From Pyrodictium occultum (lineage in GTDB: Archaea; Thermoproteota; Thermoprotei_A; Sulfolobales; Pyrodictiaceae), in the NCBI RefSeq assembly GCF_001462395.1, contig NZ_LNTB01000001.1, positions 180,001 through 212,000 of the forward strand: a stretch of 32,000 nucleotides of DNA. The letters are read 5' to 3'. Shown one piece after another: positions 1-7,076 of this stretch (within the stretch, counting starts at the first letter, position 1; each line of letters opens with the position of its first letter). The notes under the pieces are model-generated. The model worked only from the letters and a program-made list of their open reading frames with translations. It searched no databases and was not told the origin of the DNA. The position numbers were made by a program, and so were the translations under genes.

Positions 1-234
1 CCGCCGGAAGCCGCCGGGCGAGAAGCACCGGCACCCACCGGGGCAGGACGGCACGAGCCTGCGGGGGGCGACAACCACGCAGCCGCCGCTGGCACCCAGG
101 AGCTCGACAACCTCGGCAGCAACACCACCCGGGCTACGGGAGTGGAGCACAACGAGCCCCCGGTACCCCGATCCCCGCACAGCCTCGGCAAACCCCTCCA
201 AGGCCCCCCTGACACGGGCATCCAAGACCAGCAC
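1..234 (-). CDS. hypothetical protein, N-terminal part only (gene runs off the left edge)
   Basis: Minus-strand frame is open from GTG at 232-234 (in-frame TAG at 253-255 just upstream) to the window edge. Translation MLVLDARVRGALEGFAEAVRGSGYRGLVVLHSRSPGGVAAEVVELLGASGG... looks protein-like, unlike the Arg/Pro-rich shadow frames. It is absent from the ORF track because there is no stop in the window. Confidence 0.35.
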   Translation of the reverse strand, partial: MLVLDARVRGALEGFAEAVRGSGYRGLVVLHSRSPGGVAAEVVELLGASGGCVVVAPRRLVPSCPGGCRCFSPGGFRR

Positions 235-364
235 AGCACCCCGGACAGCGATCTATGGATCTATGCCTGCTGGAGAGCCGTCCAAGGCTCATGGCAGCTC
301 TTCGGGGCGGCGCCGGTTTTAGCCCTCCCTGATGAGGCTTTTCCGGTGGAATCCCCTGGGCCTC

Positions 365-394
365 ATGCTAATATTGATGATGCTAATATTGATG
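365..394. repeat. perfect 15-nt tandem duplication (atgctaatattgatg x2) in a local AT-rich island
   Basis: Read directly: 365-379 and 380-394 are identical. It lies in a region without a convincing CDS. Confidence 0.9.
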
Positions 395-589
395 CTTCCG
401 GGGGCTTGGAGGGCTGGGAGCAACGATTGCTCAGGAAGGGCTGACGAGTTTTGAGCCAGAGGTATAACCCGTACCTGCTGCGGCCGCTTAAGAGGCTTGA
501 CGCCGGGGAGCTGCTGGAAGTCTTGAGCAGGGCAGCGCTGAGGCCGGCTAAAGCCTCGGCCAGGGAGCTATCCAAGGAGTGAAGCTGTT

Positions 590-606
590 GAGATCTTAAA
601 GATCTC
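590..606. repeat. 17-nt perfect palindrome gagatcttAaagatctc
   Basis: Read directly: 8-nt arms around a central A. It sits between a 43-codon ORF (451-582) and ORF 608-889. Function is unknown (hairpin or protein-binding site). Confidence 0.85.
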
Positions 607-1160
607 CTTGAACGAGGCTGGATTAGCTAGGCATGCCAGGTACGTAGCCGCTTCCTCTTACCCGCTGCTCGTCAATGACCTGAGAAGGCTTGGTCTAATA
701 GAGGCCGGGGATCCTATGCGTGAATGGGATCCGGGGCCCCCAGCCCGGATCTCCCCCGCTACCCTACACACCTCTAGCTCCGCGCAGTCCTGGCGGCACC
801 CGAGGAAGGCCATGGGGGAAGACAGGCCGCCAAGCCCCTCGACGGAGTCAACCTGGAGGTCTCCGTGGCGAGAGGTAAGCCCAATGTAGAAACGGGCCTC
901 TCACGCAGCTGCCGTAACGGCGCCTCCTCGTGTACCCCTGGTCCCTCGCCCTTGCCTCATCCCCCCACGCCTTGCGCGGGCGGTGGGCTGGGGCGAGTAG
1001 GGGGTGGGAGGGGTTTGCCGGCCTTGCCGGTCCCCGCGTCCTCCCACGCCTGGGCCGTGTACGCGGCCCTGTCGGCGGGGCGGGGCCGGGGGAGCCCCCT
1101 TGCCTGGAGGGGCTCTCCTCGGCTCCCGCGTCTCTCTGGCGTCTAGCCCTGCTGTGGGGT

Positions 1161-1457
1161 TTATTGGCTCTCTCGTGGCGGGTTTAGGAGGCTTGGGCAG
1201 TCTAGGCAGCCTTTCTCCAGGTGCCCCCGGTGGATGCAGCATGTTGCCACTGGCTTGCCCTGGTCGTCGTAGAGCTCTATGAGTAGGTAGTCTCCCTGCT
1301 GTCTTGCCGACGCGGCTGCGGGGCGGCGGATGAGCCTCCTGGCTTCCACCGTGTAGCGTCTCCCCCTGTAACTTATGAGCAGCCTTGCTGTGTAGAGGCC
1401 TTCTCCCGCCTCCTCCGTGGAGGCCAGCTCTGCCCTGGCCTCCTGGGGCTCGGTCAT
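1161..1457 (-). CDS. hypothetical protein (98 aa)
   Basis: ATG-started ORF with mixed composition (MTEPQEARAELAST...YLLIELYDDQGKPVATCCIHRGH). An AT-rich divergent promoter region lies upstream (1498-1530). No family recognised. Confidence 0.5.
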   Translation of the reverse strand: MTEPQEARAELASTEEAGEGLYTARLLISYRGRRYTVEARRLIRRPAAASARQQGDYLLIELYDDQGKPVATCCIHRGHLEKGCLDCPSLLNPPRESQ

Positions 1458-1556
1458 AGCGCCGGGTCCCCGGGTTGTTTAGTCTAGCACTAGCATGGGT
1501 ATTATATGATTCTTGTATAAGTATCGTGCTGCTGGCCCCCGGGGGCTTGAACGCAT

Positions 1557-1566
1557 GCTTATAACC
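1557..1566 (+). promoter_or_regulatory. TATA-like box (gcttataacc) upstream of the 1595 gene
   Basis: AT-rich octamer about 30-35 nt upstream of GTG 1595. The spacing fits an archaeal short-leader or leaderless promoter. Confidence 0.35.
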
Positions 1567-1594
1567 CTGGGGCGGTCCTCAGCGCTCTCAAAGT

Positions 1595-2041
1595 GTGTAC
1601 TACTTGTCACCCGGGGGTGGCTTCTCGGCCATGGTGCTGGCTGCGCCGAGGGAAAAGGGGTTCGAGGACCGGCTGCGGAGGCTCCTGGACCTGGCTGTGA
1701 GGCGGTACAACAGGTACCGGGGCGCCGAGGCCAGGGCCAGGGTGTTGAAGGTGCGTGGCGACACGGCCTATGTGGTGTTCGAGGGGAGCTTCTGCGAGAC
1801 CTGCGGGATAAACGACTGGGTGGACGACTTCCGCTACGTGCTTGAGGACCTCGGAGCGGAGGCGGAGCTGGTCGCGGTGGTGGAGCCGCCGAGCAGCGAG
1901 GAGTTCTACGACTACAGGATAGGAGTGTTCAGGGTCAGGAAGATGCCCGGGAACCTCGAGGAGCTGGAGAGGCAGGAGCGGGAGCTGGAGGAGTGGCTTG
2001 AGGCCGGGGAGCCCGGCGAGCCGGCGGGCCAGGAGGCTTGA
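1595..2041 (+). CDS. hypothetical CxxC-containing protein (148 aa; alternative start ATG 1631)
   Basis: Clean ORF with protein-like composition, a CETCG motif and an acidic C-terminal tail. No family recognised. Confidence 0.6.
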   Translation: MYYLSPGGGFSAMVLAAPREKGFEDRLRRLLDLAVRRYNRYRGAEARARVLKVRGDTAYVVFEGSFCETCGINDWVDDFRYVLEDLGAEAELVAVVEPPSSEEFYDYRIGVFRVRKMPGNLEELERQERELEEWLEAGEPGEPAGQEA

Positions 2042-2201
2042 GACGCTCTCCCCTGGCCCCTAGGCGGCCTATCTGATCCATCCTCCTGGTTTTGCGGCCC
2101 TCGACTCCCCCTCTGCAAGCCCCCGGGGGGTTCTCGGGGCCCCTGGGCCGGAGGCTTTAACTCCTCGGGGAGGCCTCCATGACCCTTGACGGAGGCTTCC
2201 A

Positions 2202-3344
2202 GTGTTGATACCGGTGGCCAGGCCCTTCATCGGGGAGGAGGAGCTGGAGGCTGTAGCCAGGGTCCTCCGCTCCGGGGTGCTGGCCCACGGCCCGGAGGTG
2301 GAGGAGTTCGAGCGCGAGTTCGCCGAGTACGTCGGCGTGGACTATGCTGTAGCCGTTTCCAGCGGCACCGCGGCGCTGGACCTTATACTCCGGGCGTACG
2401 GAGTCGGCCCTGGGGATGAGGTGATAACCACACCGTTCAGCTTCGTGGCCACCGCTAACGCGATCCTGCACCAGGGCGCCCGGCCGGTCTTCGCCGACAT
2501 AGACCCGGCTACCTACAACCTGGACCCCGAGAGGGTTGTGGAGCTGGTCACATCGAGGACCAGGGCGATTATAGCAGTCCACCTCTACGGCCACCCGGCG
2601 GACATGAGGCCTCTCCGAGAGATAGCCGAGGACCACCACCTGGTGCTCATAGAGGACGCCGCGCAGGCCCACGGGGCCCTCTACGCTGGCAGGAGGACCG
2701 GCTCCCTCGGCGACGCGGCTGCATTCAGCTTCTATGCCACCAAGAACATGACGACCGGCGAGGGCGGCATGGTGACAACTAATGACAGGAGGGTGGCGGA
2801 GAAGGTTAGGATGCACCGCGACCACGGCCAGGCGGCCAAGTACCTCCACGTGGAGCTGGGCTACAACCTCCGGATGACGAGCATAGCGGCCGCTATAGGC
2901 AGGGTCCAGCTCCGCAAGCTCGAGTGGATGAACGAGAGGAGGAGGGAGAACGCCAGGACAATGACAGGCATACTCAGCCGCGTGGAGGGGGTGGAGCCCC
3001 CGGTAGAGATGCCCTGGGCCCGCCACGTCTACCACCAGTACGTGGTACGCGTCACCCCCGAGGCCCCCCTCGGCAGGGACGAGCTAGCAGAGGAGCTGAG
3101 GAGGAGGGGGATAGGAACGGCGGTGCACTATCCCAGGGCGATACCCGACCAGCCCCTCTACAGGAGGCTGGGCATAGACTGCCCCAGGGGCTGCCCGGAG
3201 GCCCGGAGGGCGGCCAGGGAGGTGCTAAGCCTCCCCGTCCACCCAGGGGTCACGGTCGACCAGGCCCGCTGGATAGCGGAGACCGTGGAGGAGGTGCTCC
3301 GGGAGGCCGGGGAGCGGCGTCCCCGGAGGTGGGCAGGGGGTTGA
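2202..3344 (+). CDS. DegT/DnrJ/EryC1/StrS-family PLP-dependent sugar aminotransferase
   Basis: N-terminus IPVARPFIGEEELEAV, SSGTAALDL, and FSFYATKNMTTGEGG (PLP-lysine motif) are typical of the family. Full length of 380 aa. Confidence 0.9.
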   Translation: MLIPVARPFIGEEELEAVARVLRSGVLAHGPEVEEFEREFAEYVGVDYAVAVSSGTAALDLILRAYGVGPGDEVITTPFSFVATANAILHQGARPVFADIDPATYNLDPERVVELVTSRTRAIIAVHLYGHPADMRPLREIAEDHHLVLIEDAAQAHGALYAGRRTGSLGDAAAFSFYATKNMTTGEGGMVTTNDRRVAEKVRMHRDHGQAAKYLHVELGYNLRMTSIAAAIGRVQLRKLEWMNERRRENARTMTGILSRVEGVEPPVEMPWARHVYHQYVVRVTPEAPLGRDELAEELRRRGIGTAVHYPRAIPDQPLYRRLGIDCPRGCPEARRAAREVLSLPVHPGVTVDQARWIAETVEEVLREAGERRPRRWAGG

Positions 3345-3775
3345 GCGGCGAGTACCCCAGGCTCCTAGCTAGGCGGGCGGAGGCGATGCTCCGGAACGCC
3401 GAGAGGCTACAGGCCGAGGGGGAGCACGACCTGGCCGTGCTGAACGCCGAGTACGCGGCCCAGCTCTACCTCAAGGCCCTTCTCTACAGGCTCACCGGGG
3501 AGGAGTGGAGGGGGCACAGCATCCGGAGCCTACTGGGCGCCCTAGCCCTCGTCCTCCGCGGGAGCGGGTTCGACGAGCTGGCGGGCATGGTGGAGGACTT
3601 CGTGCGTTCCAGCCGGAGGATCCTAGCCGAGCTGGAGGAGGCCCGCGTGCGTGCAGTCTACGGTCCCTTCGAGTACTCCCGCAGCCAGGCTGAAGCCATA
3701 CTAGAGGCTGCGAGGAAGGTGGTGGGGCTGGCCCGTCGTGTCGAGGAGAGAGTCTTCCAGGAGCCGCGGGGCTAG
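3341..3775 (+). CDS. HEPN domain protein (putative toxin of a HEPN-MNT pair)
   Basis: The frame of ORF 2924-3775 looks protein-like only from TTG 3341, which overlaps the DegT stop as TTGA. It is all-helical: AEAMLRNAERLQAEGEHDLAVLNAEYAAQLYLKALL...EARVRAVYGPFEYSRSQAEAILEAARKV resembles HEPN (PF05168-like) proteins. Confidence 0.7.
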   Translation: MSGEYPRLLARRAEAMLRNAERLQAEGEHDLAVLNAEYAAQLYLKALLYRLTGEEWRGHSIRSLLGALALVLRGSGFDELAGMVEDFVRSSRRILAELEEARVRAVYGPFEYSRSQAEAILEAARKVVGLARRVEERVFQEPRG

Positions 3776-4106
3776 GCCGGCCCCGCTGAGGCTGCTGGCG
3801 GGCTGGAGAAGCTACATCGAGGCGGTCCGCAGGGCCGTGGAGAAGACCGTGCCCGGGGCACGCCTCTACCTGGCTGGGGGCGCCGCGGAGGGCAGGCTCA
3901 CTGTGGCCAGCGACATAGACGTGCTAGTGGTCCTCCCCCGGAGGCCCTCCTACACGGAGGCAGTGGAGCTCCGGGCGAGGATACTAGAGGAGGCGGAGAG
4001 GCAGGGGCTACCCCTCTACGCCCCCGTGGAGCTTCACATCATAGGGTCAGAGGACCTTGAGGGCTACCGGAGGAGGGGTAGAGTAGTCCCGCTCGACGGG
4101 GGCTAG
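3738..4106 (+). CDS. minimal nucleotidyltransferase (MNT, pol-beta superfamily; putative antitoxin)
   Basis: Signature LYLAGGAAEGRLTVASDIDVLVVL (G-[SG]-x9-13-D-x-D). 122 aa. GTG start overlaps the HEPN gene end by 38 nt. Confidence 0.8.
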   Translation: MSRRESSRSRGARPAPLRLLAGWRSYIEAVRRAVEKTVPGARLYLAGGAAEGRLTVASDIDVLVVLPRRPSYTEAVELRARILEEAERQGLPLYAPVELHIIGSEDLEGYRRRGRVVPLDGG

Positions 4107-4192
4107 GAGGCCCTGGGCATCGGGGGTGCAGGGGGCCAGGCCCCCGGGGGGAGAGGAAAACAGTAGCGTGGCCCGGCTCCTGGGCGCCCTCT

Positions 4193-4540
4193 CTAGCCTC
4201 TCTCCTCCCTCTGCTTGAGCTCCTCCTCCGTCTTCCTCCTCTTCACCGCGCGGTCGAAGACTACCCAGTTGCGGTACCACTCCTCGTTCTCCTCGCGGAG
4301 CATGCCCAGGATCCAGCGTGTGAGCTCCTTGGCTGCTACCTCCTTCCGGTCCTCGGCTATCAGCCTGGCTAGGACCTTGGTTGCTATCCTCCGGGCCGCC
4401 TCGAGGGTCGCGCCCGCCTTGAGGCAGGAGACAACCACCTTCTCGTATATGAAGGGCTCCCTGCTCCCGTCCCTCTTGACAACGGTCACCTCTGGGACCC
4501 ATAGGCACATGGTCCGCCGCCCTCCGCCCAGTATCCGCAT
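4193..4540 (-). CDS. stand-alone ATP-cone domain protein (alternative start ATG 4510)
   Basis: VTVVKRDGSREPFIYEKVVVSCLKAGATLEAARRIATKV matches the ATP-cone consensus. The 4654 start in the ORF track would add an Arg/Gly-rich extension that overlaps the promoter-like AT block. Confidence 0.7.
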   Translation of the reverse strand: MRILGGGRRTMCLWVPEVTVVKRDGSREPFIYEKVVVSCLKAGATLEAARRIATKVLARLIAEDRKEVAAKELTRWILGMLREENEEWYRNWVVFDRAVKRRKTEEELKQREERG

Positions 4541-4550
4541 GATAGAGCAT

Positions 4551-4563
4551 AGTAATACTTTTT
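4551..4563 (-). promoter_or_regulatory. TATA-like box (minus strand AAAAAGTATTACT) for the ATP-cone gene
   Basis: This is the only AT-rich block between the LbH gene end (4572) and the ATP-cone ATGs (4540/4510). Confidence 0.4.
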
Positions 4564-4571
4564 GGCCGTGG

Positions 4572-5282
4572 CTAGCCCCCGGCCTCCCAGCGCCTCCTCT
4601 TCTCCTCGTACTCCTCCCTCGACGCCACTGGCCTCGCCGGAACCCCCGCCACAACGGTCTCCGGCGGCACGTCCCTGGTGACCACGCTCCCGGCGGCGAC
4701 CACCGCCCGGCGGCCCACCCGGACCCCGGGGAGGATTGTCGCGTTGGCGCCGATCACCGCCTCGTCCTCAACCACCGCGCCGGCGAGCCTCCTCGAGGGA
4801 GGGTACCGGTCGTTGGTGAACACGGCTCTGGGGCCGATGAACACCCTGTCCCCTATAACCGTGCCCGGGGGGATGTAGACCCCTGTCTCTATCCTCACCC
4901 CCCGGCCTATCCTGGCCCTCCCATCCACAACCACCCCGGTCCCTATGACCGTCCCCTCGCCCACGATGGTGTCCTCCCTCACCACCACGTTGTGGCCCGT
5001 CTCCACCCCGTCGCCGAGCACGGCCCGCTCATACACCACGCTGCCCCGGCGGATGACGCAGCCCCTCCCAATCCTGGCCCCGCTGCTGGCTGCGTCGAGC
5101 TCGCCCCACCCTACCGAGCCGCTCCTGCCGAGGAGGCCCCGGAGCCCCCGCCGGACGGGGTACCCGATCACCACGCCGCCGTCGACCAGGCTCCCCTCGC
5201 CAACAGTGCTCGGGCCTAGCACCACCGCGCCGGGCCCAAGCCTCCCGAGCACCCGGGCCCTAGGCGAGACATAGCCCTCCAA
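4572..5282 (-). CDS. left-handed beta-helix (hexapeptide-repeat) acyl/acetyltransferase, amino-sugar N-acetyltransferase-like
   Basis: Repeated [LIV]-G-x4 hexapeptides throughout. C-terminal VIGANATILPGVRVGRRAVVAAGSVVTRDVPPETVVAGVPARPV is typical of WbpD/PglD-type enzymes. TTG start. Confidence 0.85.
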   Translation of the reverse strand: MEGYVSPRARVLGRLGPGAVVLGPSTVGEGSLVDGGVVIGYPVRRGLRGLLGRSGSVGWGELDAASSGARIGRGCVIRRGSVVYERAVLGDGVETGHNVVVREDTIVGEGTVIGTGVVVDGRARIGRGVRIETGVYIPPGTVIGDRVFIGPRAVFTNDRYPPSRRLAGAVVEDEAVIGANATILPGVRVGRRAVVAAGSVVTRDVPPETVVAGVPARPVASREEYEEKRRRWEAGG

Positions 5283-5439
5283 ACGGCGCCCCAGCCGCCT
5301 CGGCGATGCCCAGAGGATTATTACGATGAGGAGACGGCCAGCCCTCCGGGCTAGGAGGGCCTCGGGTGACTCTGTGCTCGGTAGGGAGGAGGGAGGATCC
5401 TTAGAGCCCTCGAGGGGCAGGGAGCCCCGCTACGCCCTA

Positions 5440-6069
5440 ATGGGGCTGCTAGGCTACAAGGAGATCCTGGACAAGATAACGAGGCTCGAGAAGAGGCTTG
5501 CAGAGCTATACGAGATGCGGCAGAAGCTTGAGGAGAGGCTTGCGAGGCTGGAGGAGCGCTTCCTGGAGCTCGGGGAGAGGCAGGAGGGGCTCGAGAGGGA
5601 GATGGCCGAGACGCGCAGCGTGCCGGCAGCCATAGCGCATAGGCCCGGCGTGATAAGCGAGGAGTCATTCGGGGAGGCGATGAGGCATGTCATGGAGGGG
5701 CTCCCGGCGCGGCGAGAGTGTCCAGGTGGAGGCCTCGACAGCGAGGGCCTAGTCTACGGCCGCCTGGCGGTGGTTGAGGCTGAAGTGGTGGTCAGGGATG
5801 GGGCACATACTGGTGGAGGTCAAGCCCTGGGTGAGTGGGAGCGACGTAGCGGAGATCTACTGGTGACGCTGGGCGGGCCTGGTGGATCCGGAGGCCAGGG
5901 AGCCCGCCGGAAGGCTGGGCGTGGAGATCAAGCCTGCAGCCGGGAGCGGTGGGAGCCCCTGCATTATAACCACGGTGGACGACAGGCCCCGTCTACGGCC
6001 CCAGGCACTGCCTGGCGGGCACGCGGGGAGGATCGGGGGAAGATGGTTGGTGCGGCGGCCGGGATTTGA
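5440..6069 (+). CDS. coiled-coil hypothetical protein; 3' end uncertain (possible frameshift near 5800, see findings)
   Basis: ATG 5440 is followed by a heptad-like stretch, LDKITRLEKRLAELYEMRQKLEERLARLEERFLELGERQEGLEREM. The last ~90 codons are Gly/Arg-rich and overlap the tRNA at 6048-6069 on the opposite strand. Confidence 0.35.
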   Translation: MGLLGYKEILDKITRLEKRLAELYEMRQKLEERLARLEERFLELGERQEGLEREMAETRSVPAAIAHRPGVISEESFGEAMRHVMEGLPARRECPGGGLDSEGLVYGRLAVVEAEVVVRDGAHTGGGQALGEWERRSGDLLVTLGGPGGSGGQGARRKAGRGDQACSRERWEPLHYNHGGRQAPSTAPGTAWRARGEDRGKMVGAAAGI

Positions 6070-6126
6070 ACCCGGGATCACCGGCTTGGGGGGCCGGCGT
6101 CCTAGTCCAGGCTAGACGACCGCCGC
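6048..6126 (-). tRNA. tRNA-Gly: tRNA-Gly (anticodon CCC), genomically encoded CCA
   Basis: Reverse complement: GCGGCGG TC GTCT AGCCTGGACTA GGAC G CCGGC CCCCCAA GCCGG TGATC CCGGG TTCAAAT CCCGG CCGCCGC ACCA. It folds as a full cloverleaf. G1-C72, C2-G71, G3-C70 and A73 fit Gly identity. Position 33 is C rather than U. Confidence 0.85.
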
Positions 6127-6196
6127 TCCCGTCTAGGCCCGCATGGGCCTGTGCCCGGCCGCTCCGTTAGGATGGCCCCATACCCTGGTCCCGGGG

Positions 6197-6204
6197 TTTA
6201 TAGG
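6197..6204 (+). promoter_or_regulatory. TATA-like box (tttatagg) upstream of thpR
   Basis: AT-rich octamer about 35-45 nt upstream of the GTG 6238 / TTG 6250 starts. This argues against the 6151 start in the ORF track. Confidence 0.4.
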
Positions 6205-6237
6205 GTTTCCCGGCTCTCTCGGGGCCCCGGGAGGGGC

Positions 6238-6822
6238 GTGGCTCGGGCCTTGAGCGTTGAGAGGGTTCGTGCCTTCATAGCGGTTGATATCGAGGAGCCG
6301 GGGGTTGTCGCCAGGCTTGTCCAGATACGAGACGCCTTCGTCGCCACCGGGGCCCCTATGAAGCCCGTCGAGGACCAGAATATGCATATAACCCTCAGGT
6401 TCCTCGGCAATATACCGTTGAGCATGGCCGATGAGATTGAGAAGGTGATAGCGGAGGCTGCGCCCAGGCGGGTGGTGATCCGGCTCCGGGGCGTCGGGGC
6501 CTTCCCCAGCGTCGCCAGGCCCCGGGTGATATGGGTGGGCGTCTCCGAGGGTGCCGAGGAGCTGGAGAGGCTCTACCGCGAGATAGAGCGGGGCCTTCGG
6601 AGGCTTGGCTTCAGGCCGGAGAGGGAGGAGTTCGTCCCGCACGTTACCCTCGCGAGGCTGAAGGGCTCCAGGAACCTGGACAGGGTGGTTAAGCTTCTCC
6701 AGGAGATGGCTGACGTCGAGGCGGGGGAGGTGGTGCTGGAGAGCGTGAGGCTGAAGCAGAGCATCCTCACCCCCCGCGGCCCCGTGTACAGGACGCTCCG
6801 GGAGGTGAGGGCCCGGGGCTAG
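6238..6822 (+). CDS. thpR: RNA 2',3'-cyclic phosphodiesterase / 2'-5' RNA ligase (2H phosphoesterase, ThpR/LigT)
   Basis: Two H-x-T-x motifs (HITLRFLG and HVTLARL) at the expected spacing. N-terminus VRAFIAVDI is typical. Start chosen at GTG 6238 (TTG 6250 also possible). Confidence 0.85.
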   Translation: MARALSVERVRAFIAVDIEEPGVVARLVQIRDAFVATGAPMKPVEDQNMHITLRFLGNIPLSMADEIEKVIAEAAPRRVVIRLRGVGAFPSVARPRVIWVGVSEGAEELERLYREIERGLRRLGFRPEREEFVPHVTLARLKGSRNLDRVVKLLQEMADVEAGEVVLESVRLKQSILTPRGPVYRTLREVRARG

Positions 6823-7076
6823 TCCCTCTTTGCCCGCCGGTAGCGCCGCCAGATGGTTCTCCCCGCCTCGTCCTCGAGCGCCACGACGCGGTGGAGCGGT
6901 ATAACGGTGCCGTCATCAAGCACTATGTGGCTGCTCGTGACCCTGGCTACCCGCTCCCGCGGTATCCTCCTCAGCCCGGTCGCCGTCCCCCTCTCGGCCA
7001 CCACTATGAAGCCCCTGGCCCGGGTGTGGAAGAACCTGGCCACAGCCTCCTCCAGCTCGCCCCTGCGCCTAGGCAT
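6819..7076 (-). CDS. UPF0248/DUF504 protein (MJ1316-type RNA cyclic-end recognition domain)
   Basis: About 85 aa from ATG 7076. RIPRERVARVTSSHIVLDDGTVIPLHRVVALEDEAGRTIWRR matches the family hallmark ...IP.HRI......G..iW.R as I recall it. The ATG overlaps the upstream gene stop (ATGCCTAG). Confidence 0.65.
   Translation of the reverse strand: MPRRRGELEEAVARFFHTRARGFIVVAERGTATGLRRIPRERVARVTSSHIVLDDGTVIPLHRVVALEDEAGRTIWRRYRRAKRD

Noticed and set aside
142-444. 100-aa plus-strand ORF containing the duplicated ANIDD/ANIDA peptide
   Set aside because: Its first third overlaps the more protein-like minus-strand CDS at 1-234. The remainder is Pro/Gly-rich. The repeat is more simply a DNA-level 15-nt duplication in non-coding sequence.
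330-444. C/D box sRNA suggested by UGAUGA at 330-335 and 375-380 and CUGA at 441-444
   Set aside because: Box spacing (115 or 70 nt) and the absence of properly placed D'/C' boxes do not fit the compact 50-70-nt archaeal C/D architecture.
978-1013. Cluster of six G-runs (potential G-quadruplex)
   Set aside because: In sequence this GC-rich such clusters are expected by chance. There is no positional link to a promoter or gene start.
2157-3035. 292-aa minus-strand ORF opposite DegT. The same situation applies at 7551-8447 (opposite rtcB), 10665-11474 (overlapping the S9 peptidase gene in another frame on the same strand), 13078-13965 (alternate frame of trkH) and 23956-24657.
   Set aside because: All overlap genes with unambiguous family motifs, and all have low-complexity Arg/Pro/Gly-rich translations.
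4215-5219. 334-aa plus-strand ORF opposite the LbH acetyltransferase
   Set aside because: Composition is Pro/Arg/His/Ser-rich, it has no motifs, and it overlaps a gene with clear hexapeptide repeats on the other strand.
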